Below, piece by piece: positions 47,152-56,586 of a stretch of DNA of 64,000 bases. The stretch is from Candidatus Aminicenantes bacterium (lineage in GTDB: Bacteria > Acidobacteriota > Aminicenantia > Aminicenantales > JAFGBC01). The position numbers were made by a program, and so were the translations under genes. The stretch lies in the NCBI GenBank assembly GCA_963702005.1, contig OY969696.1, forward strand, positions 1,920,001 through 1,984,000, written 5' to 3'. A model generated the notes under the pieces. The model was not told the origin of the DNA. It saw only the letters and a program-made list of their open reading frames with translations, and ran no database searches. Position 1 is the first letter of the stretch. Each line of letters opens with the position of its first letter.

Positions 47152-48390
47152 CTAAGCGGCCGCCGGACTCTTCATTTTTTCGCGGAAGAAGGCCAGGAAG
47201 ACGATGAGGCAGAACAGGGTTAGGGCCGTCGGGACCAGGAAGGTCCCGCGCCAGTTGACGGCCTTGACGGCCTCGCCGGCGGCGTTGACGGTCTCGCTCG
47301 TGAACATATTCTGGATCCAGCCGCAGAACAGGCTCCCCACGAAGTTTCCGAAGCCCAGGATGATGATGGCGATCAGGCTCTGGGCCGAGTGGCGGATGTC
47401 CTTGGGGGCTATGCTATCGACGTAGATGTAGGCCGCCGTGAAGAAGAAGACGTAACAGAAGCCGTGGAGGGAGAGCGAGGCGATGACCAGCCAGGAGGGC
47501 GTCCCGATCATGAAGATGATGTAGCGGATTGGCCAGGCCAGAATGCCCAAGGTCAAAGTCCGGCGCATCCCGAATTTCTGGAGGGCCCAGGAGAGCATGA
47601 AGGCCATGACGAAGATCTCGGCGATCTGGGCGATCGTCATCACGGCCGAGACGTATTTCTGACTGACCCCGATCGCGGCCGAGGTCAGGAAGGGCGAGGT
47701 CAGGACGTAGTAGAACTGGAGCTCGGTGGCCACGACGAAGGAGATGATGCAGAAGATGAGGAAATTGCGGTTCTTGAACATCTTGAGCGCTTCCAGGAAA
47801 GCCCAGGGCTTGGTCCCTTCTTTCTTGGGCGGGGTGTGGGGGAGGCCGAAGGAGAGGAGCCCCATCAGGAGCGAGAAGATTCCGGCCAGGAGGAGCGTGT
47901 CGCCCTTCACGGCGATGCCTTCGGGCGATTTGGCCAAAGCCCGCCAGCCGGCCAGGGCCCAGCCGGCCGCGATCCAGCCGATCGTCCCCCAGACCCGGAT
48001 CGCGCCGAACTCCTTCTCGGAGCTCTTGAGGTTGACGAAGGCGATCGAGTTGGTCAGGGCCAGGGTCGGCGCGTAGACCAGGCAATAGAAGAGCATGAGC
48101 CACATCATCGGCGTGAAGGCCGTGATGTTGGCGATCAGGATCAGGATGACGCCGCCTAACAGCTGAAGGACGGCAATGACCTTCTGGGACGGGAAATAGC
48201 GGTCGGCGAACTGTCCGCCCACGAAGGGCGAGATGATCGTGGCCAGGGGGAGCAAGCTGAAAATGATCCCCAACTGGACGCCGCTGAACCCCAGGTTGTT
48301 CTGGAGATAGGCGGACAGGACGGGCGCCCAGGACCCCCAGATGGCGTATTGGAGGAACATCATCAGGCCGAGACGGAATTTAACGCTCAT
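47152..48390 (-). CDS. MFS transporter, nucleoside:H+ symporter (NupG/YegT) family
   Basis: MMFLQYAIWGSW, ADRYF, IRVWGTIGWI, LHGFCY.FFF. Confidence 0.92.
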   Translation of the reverse strand: MSVKFRLGLMMFLQYAIWGSWAPVLSAYLQNNLGFSGVQLGIIFSLLPLATIISPFVGGQFADRYFPSQKVIAVLQLLGGVILILIANITAFTPMMWLMLFYCLVYAPTLALTNSIAFVNLKSSEKEFGAIRVWGTIGWIAAGWALAGWRALAKSPEGIAVKGDTLLLAGIFSLLMGLLSFGLPHTPPKKEGTKPWAFLEALKMFKNRNFLIFCIISFVVATELQFYYVLTSPFLTSAAIGVSQKYVSAVMTIAQIAEIFVMAFMLSWALQKFGMRRTLTLGILAWPIRYIIFMIGTPSWLVIASLSLHGFCYVFFFTAAYIYVDSIAPKDIRHSAQSLIAIIILGFGNFVGSLFCGWIQNMFTSETVNAAGEAVKAVNWRGTFLVPTALTLFCLIVFLAFFREKMKSPAAA

Positions 48391-48594
48391 CGAGTTCCCT
48401 CCTTTGATTTAGGCGATGTCATGGTGACGGCCGCCCGAGAAGCGGCGAAGCCAAAAATATAAGATTCCAGATTCTTTGTCAACCGCTCGATTCGCGGTTC
48501 TCGGATCAGCTCCTTCTTATCGTTTTCCCCAAGTTCCTATATATAATATAGATTGTTTCTCCGAGAGAGCGGATCGACCCAACAGGAGGATGGC

Positions 48595-49026
48595 ATGGAC
48601 AAGATCTCGGTCCTGTTTTTGTGCGTCCACAATTCGGCCAGGAGCCAGATGGCCGAGGCGCTCCTTAAAGAAATGGGCGGGGATCGTTTTGAGGTCTCTA
48701 GCGCCGGCCTCGAGCCGGGTGAACTCAATCCGCTGGCCGTCCGTGCCATGGCCGAGATCGGAATCGATATCTCAAAGAATAAAACAAAGAGCGTCCTCGA
48801 CTTCGTCAGGGAAGGCCGCCTCTTTCAGCACGTCATCACCGTCTGTAATGCCGAGGAGAACGAACGCTGCCCAATATTCCCGTCTATCAGCCGAAAACAG
48901 CACTGGAATTTGCCCGACCCCGCCTCGTTTCAGGGGAGCGATAACGAAAAGCTCGAAAAAACCCGGTCTGTCCGGGACGACCTTCGACGCCGGATTGAAC
49001 GCTGGCTCGAGGAGCCTTCAGATTAA
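48595..49026 (+). CDS. arsC: Thioredoxin-type arsenate reductase (LMW-PTP family)
   Basis: [17 protein letters not shown]...CPIFP, HW.LPDP. Confidence 0.88.
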   Translation: MDKISVLFLCVHNSARSQMAEALLKEMGGDRFEVSSAGLEPGELNPLAVRAMAEIGIDISKNKTKSVLDFVREGRLFQHVITVCNAEENERCPIFPSISRKQHWNLPDPASFQGSDNEKLEKTRSVRDDLRRRIERWLEEPSD

Positions 49027-49134
49027 AGCCTGAAAAGCGGCCGGGAGAAGGGATTTCGCTTGATCAAAGGGCTGTATTTACCTATAATCTTATGCCGTTA
49101 TCGTGGAAGCAGTCTCGGGCTGGCGGATTTATCA

Positions 49135-50424
49135 ATGACCTTGGACAGCCGAACCGTTGTTCTGACGACCTCCCTCGTCAACATCGCCCCCGCTCTCGTC
49201 TTCTACTTTCTCCATCGGAGGGTCAAGGGTAAAATCAAGGGCGCCTTCCTCTGGTTTGTCAGCTACTCGCTCCTCCTGGCCGGGTCCGCCCTTGTCGCCC
49301 TGCGCGGGGCCATCCCCGACCTGATTTCGATCCTGTTATCCAACGTCATTTTCTTTGTCGCCTTCTTCCTGCTGTATGCCGGCTTGGCGCAGTTTCTCGG
49401 CCTCCGCCCCTGGTTCCGGGTCGGGATTTCGATCGTGTCGGTCGCCGTAATCCTTATCGGCGTGTTTACCGTATCCGTCCCGAGCGTCAAGTCCCGAATT
49501 TTCGTCTATAGCGCCGCGGCTCTCATGACGAGCCTCATCAACGCCTATCTTCTTTTATCGCGCGCCCCTCTCCCTTTGCGGGTCAGCGCTCGGCTGGCCG
49601 CGTTTATGAACTTGGGTCAAGCGCTGGTCCAGGCCTACCGCATTCTGATCGTGGTTCCGGCGAATAGAGGCAACGATTTATTCCAGCTGTCGACTCCGGA
49701 AACCCTATATCTGGTGATGAGCTTGGTATTTGTTATCGGCCTGAGCCTTTCTTTTCTTCAACTTGTCAACGCGCGCCTAGTCGTCGACCTGGAAAGCTCG
49801 CTGTCCCTCCAGAAAACGCTCCTGAACGAAGTCCGCCACCGGACAAAAAACAACCTGGTTCTGGTCGACAGCATCATGGGTCTCCAGCTCAGGGCCATCA
49901 AGGAATCTTCGGCCCGGGCGTTATTAGACACCCTCAGAAATAGGGTCCGGGCCATCGGGCTCGTCCATGATCGCCTGGATGAAGGGGGCGCCGGCCAAAT
50001 CATCCGGGCCGATAATTATATCAGCGCCGTCGTCGAGGGATTTCGGACTTCTCTGATTCCGAAGGGTACGCGGGTCAAGATTAAAACCGACATAGAGCCG
50101 TTGGAGCTGGAAACCGAGACCGCAATCCCCCTCGGCCTGATCGTTAACGAGCTGCTTACCAACGCCTTGAAACACGCTTTTTCCAACGGCCGCAGAGGGG
50201 AGATTCGGGTAAGTCTCAGTACCGAGGCGGGAGGCTTTCGGTTGGCGGTCCGGGACAATGGGAAAGGGCTGGGCGGAAAAAACGCCGACGGCCTGGGCAT
50301 GACGATCGTTCATGCCTTGGCCGAGCAGCTCGGCGGCTCGCTGACCATTGAGGGCTCGTCGGGAACCTCGGTGGAGCTGGCATTTGAAATCCCGGCCTGC
50401 GAATCCGGCCGCCGTCCTTCGTAA
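49135..50424 (+). CDS. Multi-TM sensor histidine kinase (HisKA_2/HWE-like), no adjacent regulator
   Basis: About 7 TM segments, EVRHRTKNNL, NELLTNALKHAF, DNGKG, GLG. Confidence 0.88.
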   Translation: MTLDSRTVVLTTSLVNIAPALVFYFLHRRVKGKIKGAFLWFVSYSLLLAGSALVALRGAIPDLISILLSNVIFFVAFFLLYAGLAQFLGLRPWFRVGISIVSVAVILIGVFTVSVPSVKSRIFVYSAAALMTSLINAYLLLSRAPLPLRVSARLAAFMNLGQALVQAYRILIVVPANRGNDLFQLSTPETLYLVMSLVFVIGLSLSFLQLVNARLVVDLESSLSLQKTLLNEVRHRTKNNLVLVDSIMGLQLRAIKESSARALLDTLRNRVRAIGLVHDRLDEGGAGQIIRADNYISAVVEGFRTSLIPKGTRVKIKTDIEPLELETETAIPLGLIVNELLTNALKHAFSNGRRGEIRVSLSTEAGGFRLAVRDNGKGLGGKNADGLGMTIVHALAEQLGGSLTIEGSSGTSVELAFEIPACESGRRPS

Positions 50425-50569
50425 CCGCGACTGCCCCCCTTGTATGGCCTTGGACCTCAGAGCCTTAATCTCTACTTATTTTATAGGGATTAGGAACCTT
50501 TTGCCTCGACCTTACGTCTTTATATATGAAAGGACATTTACGAGAAAGCAACAGATAGAGGAGAATATC

Positions 50570-50734
50570 ATGAAATTAAGAACAAAACTGGCCATATTCG
50601 TGGTTGCCGCGTTTCTGACGTTGACGGGCTTAAACCTGATCGCCAACGCCTTTTCGAATAAGGGCGTTTTCTCGGCACATAATCCGGAAACGTCGATCAC
50701 GGTTTGGGTCACGAGCGTTAGGGTCCTGACCTGA
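50570..50734 (+). CDS. Small secreted peptide (54 aa)
   Basis: GAGGAG RBS; MKLRTKLAIFVVAAFLTLTGLNLIANA signal peptide plus 27 residues. Confidence 0.6.
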   Translation: MKLRTKLAIFVVAAFLTLTGLNLIANAFSNKGVFSAHNPETSITVWVTSVRVLT

Positions 50735-50811
50735 CGCGTGAAAACCTCATCGATCGGCCTGCCGCAAAGTACTGGCTGATGAAATGACCCAGATTCTAGA
50801 GAAATTGCGCA

Positions 50812-52722
50812 TCACCCGAAACGGCCGACGATCGTCAGGTTTTGGTGGTTGCAGATGTCCTTGGCCTCGGGCGTAAATAAGAAGTCGATCCGGCTCTTGT
50901 AGAAATCGGCGATCCGGCCCCTAACCATCTTGAGGGTCGAGTTGAGGTGGCGGTTCTGCTCCGTGAATCCCTCGCCCAGCACGGCCACGGCCGCCGGCAG
51001 CCAGCGCTGCGGGAACATGCCCTCGAACCGGCCGCCCGTCCGGTAAGCGTCGATCTCGCCTTCGAGGAGCCTGAGGGCCGCGATTTGTCCGTCCTTGGTC
51101 CGCGTCGAAAGGCCGCGTTCCTGGAGCCGGCCTACAATCGCCTCCTTGTTCGGCACGAGAAGAGCGACCGTGTAGGGCGACTGATTGTTGTAGAGCATGA
51201 GCTGGTCGATATAGGGCGAGTTCTCGGTGATGGCCTCCTCGATGACCTCGGGGCTGTACTTTTCGCCGTCGTTGGCGATGAGGAGGCTCTTGGCCCGGCC
51301 CACGATATAGAGAAATCCGTCTTCGTCCATGTAGCCGAGGTCTCCGGTGTAGAGCCAGCCGTTCCGCAGCGCTTCCGCCGTCGCCTTCTCGTTCTTCCAG
51401 TAACCGGCCATGACGTTTTCGCCCCGGACGACGATTTCGCCTTGCCGGCCGGCCTCGAGGGAATTCCCGGCCTCGTCGCAGATCTTGATCTCGATGCCCT
51501 CGGCGACCTTTCCCGATGAACCGAGCTTATGGGCTTTGGGAGAATTGGCCGATATGACGGGCGCGGCCTCGGTCAGTCCGTAGCCCTGGAACATGGGGAT
51601 CCCGATCGCGTAAAAGAAGCGCTGGAGCTCGATGTCGAGGAGGGCGCCGCCGCCGACGAAGAACTCGAGACGGCCCCCAAAGTTCTCGCGGATCTTTTTG
51701 AAGATGAGCTTGTCGTAGAGGAGATAGAACGGCTTCTTGAGAGCCCGCCGCCCCTGGCCCCGGTTCCAGCCTTCGCCGTTGTATTCGTAAGCGAGCTCGA
51801 GGGCGTGCCGAAACATCCTTTCGATCTTGGGTCCCTTGTCCCGGATCGCCTTTTCGATCCCGCGCCGGAAGTTCTTGGCCAAGGCCGGGACGCTCATCAG
51901 GATGTAGGGCCGGACCTCCTTGATGTTGACGGGGACGTTCTTAAGAGTTTCGAGCGCCGACCGGCCGGCTTGGACCGAGGCCAACGCAGCGCCGGCCTTC
52001 ATGAAGTTGTAGATCCCGGTCGTGTGGCCGAAGGCGTGGTCCCAGGGGAGGACGAGAAGCGTCACGTAGTATTCGGGGCAGTCGACGAGCGAGGCGCCCT
52101 GTTCAACGTTGGCCGTGTAGTTGCGGTGGGTCAGGATGATGCCTTTGGGGTCGGCCGTCGTCCCCGACGTGTAGCAGATGTTGGCGTAGTCGTCCTCCCG
52201 GATCGAACGCCAGCGGCTCTCGAATTCGGCGCCGTGATCCTTGAGCCGATCCCGGCCGAGCGCGAGGACGTCGTCGCGGAAGACCTCGTCGGGCTCGAAA
52301 AGGTTCAGTCGGTCGAAGACGACGGTCCGCTGCAGGTCGGACAGGTCGTGCTTGATCTTGCGGATTTTCTCGACCTGGCCCTGGGAGACGAGGACCATCT
52401 TGCAGCCCGAATGGGCGAGCCGGAACTTAAGGTCCGAGACCTCATCGACCTTGACCGAGATCGGGACGTTGACGGCCCCGGCGTAGAGGATCCCCAGCTC
52501 GCCCATGACCCAATCGTTGCGGCCTTCCGAGATCAGGGCGGCCCGGTCGCCCTTGCGGAGGCCGAGGCTGATGAGGCCGGCCGCGAACTCATGGACGAGC
52601 GTCCGCATCTCGGTGTAGGTCGCCCCCTGATAGCGGTCGCCCCGCTTTTCCCACATGTAGACGTTGTCGGGAAAGGCCTTGACGCTGTCTTCGAAAAGTT
52701 GAGGCAGAGTGCGCTGGGCCAT
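50812..52722 (-). CDS. Long-chain fatty acid-CoA ligase
   Basis: YTSGTTADPKG, QGYGLTE, RGENVMAGYW, GWLYTGDLG. Confidence 0.93.
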   Translation of the reverse strand: MAQRTLPQLFEDSVKAFPDNVYMWEKRGDRYQGATYTEMRTLVHEFAAGLISLGLRKGDRAALISEGRNDWVMGELGILYAGAVNVPISVKVDEVSDLKFRLAHSGCKMVLVSQGQVEKIRKIKHDLSDLQRTVVFDRLNLFEPDEVFRDDVLALGRDRLKDHGAEFESRWRSIREDDYANICYTSGTTADPKGIILTHRNYTANVEQGASLVDCPEYYVTLLVLPWDHAFGHTTGIYNFMKAGAALASVQAGRSALETLKNVPVNIKEVRPYILMSVPALAKNFRRGIEKAIRDKGPKIERMFRHALELAYEYNGEGWNRGQGRRALKKPFYLLYDKLIFKKIRENFGGRLEFFVGGGALLDIELQRFFYAIGIPMFQGYGLTEAAPVISANSPKAHKLGSSGKVAEGIEIKICDEAGNSLEAGRQGEIVVRGENVMAGYWKNEKATAEALRNGWLYTGDLGYMDEDGFLYIVGRAKSLLIANDGEKYSPEVIEEAITENSPYIDQLMLYNNQSPYTVALLVPNKEAIVGRLQERGLSTRTKDGQIAALRLLEGEIDAYRTGGRFEGMFPQRWLPAAVAVLGEGFTEQNRHLNSTLKMVRGRIADFYKSRIDFLFTPEAKDICNHQNLTIVGRFG

Positions 52723-52782
52723 GATCGCCCTCCTATCCCCAAATGTCTTTATACAGCGAGGATACCCCAGCCTTATGCAAAA

Positions 52783-52823
52783 AGTCAAAATTGGTGACAA
52801 GTCAATAGTCAAAATTGGTGACA
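52783..52823. repeat. 17-bp direct repeat AGTCAAAATTGGTGACA (REP-like remnant)
   Basis: Copies at 52783 and 52807 separated by AGTCAAT. Confidence 0.7.
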
Positions 52824-52885
52824 GACATCTATTTTCCGAATTTCCTTTCCGGAGTCCTAGCGCTTATAATAATCCGTACTCAATG

Positions 52886-52997
52886 ATGACCCGTTCGCCG
52901 ACGCCAAGCCCCGCCTTTCAAGGCGGGGTTGAGAGCGAGGCTCAGGGTTAATCATGAACAAGCCCCGGCCTTCAGGCCGGGGAGTCGATGATTTGAC
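52886..52997 (-). repeat. Palindromic MITE/PATE-like element, copy B
   Basis: Reverse complement reads GTCAAATCATCGACTCCCCGGCCTGAAGGCCGGGGCTTG...CCCCGCCTTGAAAGGCGGGG...GCGAACGGGTCA. Confidence 0.85.
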
Positions 52998-53042
52998 TGT
53001 CTTCAGGTTCGAAGTGCACGGCTCTAGGAGGGATGATTGATT

Positions 53043-54593
53043 ATGAAACCGCATCGCTTCATCCGGACCTGGGTATTGTTGTTTGCCGTCGCGCTGGGCG
53101 CCTTTCCGCTACGCGGCGAAACCGCTAAACTCTCCCGGGACGCTCTCCGGGACAAGATCAGGGGCGGCTGGGCGGGACAGGTCATCGGCTGCACCTTCGG
53201 CGGTCCGACCGAGTTCCGTTTCCAGTCAACCTTCATTCCCGATTATCAGCCGTTGGTTTGGCGCGACGACGCTCCGCGCTGGTGGTACGAGAACGCGCCC
53301 GGCCTTTACGACGACGTCTACATGGACTTGACCTTCGTCGAAATCCTGGAGAAGGAGGGCCTGGACGCGCCCGCCGCGTCGTTCGCCAAAGCCTTCGCCG
53401 GCGCGGCCTTCCCGCTCTGGCACGCCAACCAGGCCGCCCGCTACAACATCCTCCACGGGATTCTCCCTCCAGACTCGGGATATTGGCTCAACAATCCTCA
53501 CGCCGACGATATCGACTTCCAGATCGAGGCCGATTTCGCCGGTCTCATGTCGCCCGGCCTGCCCGCCGCGGCCGCCGCGGTTTGCGACAAGGTCGGCCAT
53601 ATCATGAACTCCGGCGACGGCTGGTACGGCGGGGTTTATGTCGCGACCATGTACTCACTGGCGTTCGTGAGGAACGACGTCCACCGGATCGTGAGCGAAG
53701 CCCTGGCCGCAATCCCCGAACAGAGCGCTTTCGCCCGGACGATTCGGGACGTCATCCGTAGCCACGACCGAAATCCGTCCGACTGGAAAGAAGCCTGGTT
53801 CAAGATCCAGAGGACGTGGGGCGAAGACGTCGGCTGTCCTGACGGGGTCTTTACGCCGTTCAACATCGATTCCAAGATCAACGCGGCCTGGGTCATAATC
53901 GGGCTTCTCTACGGAGACGGCGACTTCGGGAAGACGCTCGAGATCGCCACGCGCTGCGGAGACGACTCGGACTGCAATCCGGCCAGCGCGGGCGGCATCC
54001 TGGGGACTATACTCGGATATAATCATATCCCCGCCGAATGGACGCGGGGTCTCGCCGCCGTCGAAGACAGAGCTTTCTCTTTCACGACGCTCTCGCTCCG
54101 CGACGCCACCGAGCTGAGCTTCAAGCACGCCCTCAAGGTCATCGAGCGGAACGGGGGAGAGGCTTCCGGGACGGAGGTCGTGATCCCGGTTCGGCCGATC
54201 GAACCCGTCCGGCTCGAGCGGAATTTCGAGGGGCACTATCCGGCCGAGCGCAGGCGACTCAACACCGTCCTCGAGGACGAATTCGCGTTCGATTTCGAAG
54301 GGATCGGTTTTGCCCTGACCGGCGGCATCACTCAGAAAGCCGGCTTGAAAGACTCGCCAGTAACGGTCTCGGTTCAGATGGACATTGACGGCCGGAAGGT
54401 CGAGGTTGTGGATCTGCCCGTCGCGGACCTCCATCGTCGGGAGACGTTGTTCTGGAAGTACGCCCTGCCGCCCGGTTCGCACCGAGTCCGCTTCAAGATT
54501 TTAAGCCCGCGGTCCGCGGCCGAGATCTCGCTCGGCGACCTGGTCGTCTATCGGGAGAAGCCGGTCACGCCGAAAGCCGGCTCTATTTTCTGA
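53043..54593 (+). CDS. Secreted ADP-ribosylglycohydrolase-family protein
   Basis: DKIRGGWAGQ.IG, DDVYMD, DDIDFQIEAD, GDDSDCNPASAGG. Confidence 0.88.
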   Translation: MKPHRFIRTWVLLFAVALGAFPLRGETAKLSRDALRDKIRGGWAGQVIGCTFGGPTEFRFQSTFIPDYQPLVWRDDAPRWWYENAPGLYDDVYMDLTFVEILEKEGLDAPAASFAKAFAGAAFPLWHANQAARYNILHGILPPDSGYWLNNPHADDIDFQIEADFAGLMSPGLPAAAAAVCDKVGHIMNSGDGWYGGVYVATMYSLAFVRNDVHRIVSEALAAIPEQSAFARTIRDVIRSHDRNPSDWKEAWFKIQRTWGEDVGCPDGVFTPFNIDSKINAAWVIIGLLYGDGDFGKTLEIATRCGDDSDCNPASAGGILGTILGYNHIPAEWTRGLAAVEDRAFSFTTLSLRDATELSFKHALKVIERNGGEASGTEVVIPVRPIEPVRLERNFEGHYPAERRRLNTVLEDEFAFDFEGIGFALTGGITQKAGLKDSPVTVSVQMDIDGRKVEVVDLPVADLHRRETLFWKYALPPGSHRVRFKILSPRSAAEISLGDLVVYREKPVTPKAGSIF

Positions 54594-56367
54594 CGGCGAT
54601 CAGCCCTTCCGTGCCGAGTTTGAGAATCATCCGGCCGTCCGCGCCCGCCTCAAACCTAAGAGGCTTGGAGGGCCTCAGGCCTCCATCCCACGACGCGAAG
54701 TCCGTCCCCCCCACGGGCACGAAACGGAGCCGGATCGGCAGCCCCCGCATCGACATGCCCAAGAGCCTGGCCTCCTGATCCGCGGCCCAGACATAAGTCC
54801 GCTCCGCGGCGCCCTTCTCGCAGATGAAGCGGACGACCGTTTCGTCCCGCTCCGTGGTTCGGGCCGTGCCCAGGATTTCGTGTCGCAGGATGCGGCCGTT
54901 TCGTCCTTCGATCATCCCGGTGATTTCTCCCCAGCGCTCGCGAAGCCGGTCGAGCGCGGCGCGTCCGCCGTAGGCTTCAAACTGAGGCTTGAAATTTCCG
55001 GCCCGGTTGGCCGCGATGATTTTGTCCATAAGCATGTTGAGACGATCAAACCGTCCGGGCGGAACGGCTTCCACGGAATGGAGGATCGAGAAGGCCTTCT
55101 GTCCCTCGGGCTCGAGGACGAGGGCCTTCCCCTCGACGGTCACCTGGTATTGCCCGTCCTTCCCCGCCAGGACATAGGAACCGGCCAGGGATTTCAGGAT
55201 ATCCTCCGGCGCGTCCTTCACGTCCGGGATCTCGGGGTAGGGGCGGCCGCCCAGAAAGCGCGCTCCGATTTTCTCCAGAAGCCCGTTCGCGCCCGGGGCA
55301 TCGGCGATGACGTTGGTCATGAGAAAAACGACGAGTCCCGCGTCGGGAACGATCGCCAAGTCGGCGAAGAAGATTCCGTTTCCGCCGTTGTGGGTGATGA
55401 CCTTGAAGCCGCCCGGACCGGCGGGCAGGATCGACCAGCCGTAGCCGTAGAACGTATCGCCGCCCTCGCTGACATAGGGCGTCCAGCATTTTTTCATGGA
55501 TTCCGGCGACAGGATCTTTCCCCCCGTCAGGGCGAGGGCCCAGCGGAGCATGTCGTAGCAGGTGGAGTGGGTCCCGCCGTTGGCCCGCAGCGCCCAGTAA
55601 GGGCCGTCCTTATCCATGGGCCGGCCTAGGATCGTTCCCCACAACTCGGTCCCGCGATAGCCTTGCGCGATCCGGCCCTCCCCCCAGCGGGGCAGGAGGG
55701 TGCCCGTCTCGTACATCCCGCAGGGCAGGAACAGCTTTTCCCGAACGAACGATTCGTAGCTCCGGCCCGAAAGCCGCTCGACGATGGCCCCGAGCAGGCT
55801 GAAGTTCGCGTTGGCGTATTCGTAGCCTTTCCCGGGAGGGAAGGCGAGCTTTTGAGCTAGGACCTTGCGAACATAATCTTCGCGGCCGATCGGGTCGTAA
55901 TCGCCGATCTCTTCCGGATCCAGGAGTCCCGAGGAATGGGTGAGCAGATGGTGGAGCGTGATCCCGGCTTTATCGGCGGGGACGTCCTGGAAATAGGAGG
56001 AAATCGGGTCCGTGACGCGGAGGCGCCCTTCCTCTTTGAGCTTCAGGATGGCGGCCGCCGTAAATTGTTTTGTGATCGATCCTATGCAGGAGACGGTGGC
56101 CGGCGTCCAGGGCAAGCCGCGCTCCCGGTCGGCCAGGCCATAGCCCTCGGCCAGCAAGGGCGCTCCTTCCCTCGCGACAAGAACGACCCCGGCGAAACCG
56201 AGCTTTGCCAGCCGACCGAGATAGGCTCCGGTGTCCACGACCGCCGTCCCATCCTTGTCGGCGACGGCGCCTGGAGCGGCCCGCTGGGTTTCCGCTTGCG
56301 CGCCGAGGATGAACGGACAGATCGCGATCAACGCGGCGGCCCAAAATTCCGGCACGCTTCTTTTCAT
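54583..56367 (-). CDS. Beta-lactamase-family serine hydrolase
   Basis: GSITKQF (SxxK), LLTHSSG, YEYAN, HNGG. Confidence 0.9.
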   Translation of the reverse strand: MKRSVPEFWAAALIAICPFILGAQAETQRAAPGAVADKDGTAVVDTGAYLGRLAKLGFAGVVLVAREGAPLLAEGYGLADRERGLPWTPATVSCIGSITKQFTAAAILKLKEEGRLRVTDPISSYFQDVPADKAGITLHHLLTHSSGLLDPEEIGDYDPIGREDYVRKVLAQKLAFPPGKGYEYANANFSLLGAIVERLSGRSYESFVREKLFLPCGMYETGTLLPRWGEGRIAQGYRGTELWGTILGRPMDKDGPYWALRANGGTHSTCYDMLRWALALTGGKILSPESMKKCWTPYVSEGGDTFYGYGWSILPAGPGGFKVITHNGGNGIFFADLAIVPDAGLVVFLMTNVIADAPGANGLLEKIGARFLGGRPYPEIPDVKDAPEDILKSLAGSYVLAGKDGQYQVTVEGKALVLEPEGQKAFSILHSVEAVPPGRFDRLNMLMDKIIAANRAGNFKPQFEAYGGRAALDRLRERWGEITGMIEGRNGRILRHEILGTARTTERDETVVRFICEKGAAERTYVWAADQEARLLGMSMRGLPIRLRFVPVGGTDFASWDGGLRPSKPLRFEAGADGRMILKLGTEGLIAVRK

Positions 56368-56462
56368 CTTCTCCTCCTGGCTCCGGACAGATAACTTCAT
56401 CAGTATAACATTCCCGCGGCCGAATTGGATTCATACCCCGGCCGTTCTTGACCCGTTCGGGG

Positions 56463-56491
56463 TTGACATCGGCCGGAAGCGCAGATACCAT
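56463..56491 (+). promoter_or_regulatory. Sigma70-type promoter
   Basis: TTGACA-17 nt-TACCAT upstream of the BNR-repeat gene. Confidence 0.6.
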
Positions 56492-56586
56492 CTTTTCAAG
56501 CTGGGTTGCATCCCCCGGGATTTATTTCGGGCTCGAGGGACAGGGGAGTCGTGAGCGTCGATTAAGCCTGAGGAGGAGTGATCATC

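Noticed and set aside
48595-49026. Arsenic-resistance island
   Set aside because: Solitary arsC-like gene with no arsR, arsB or acr3 nearby
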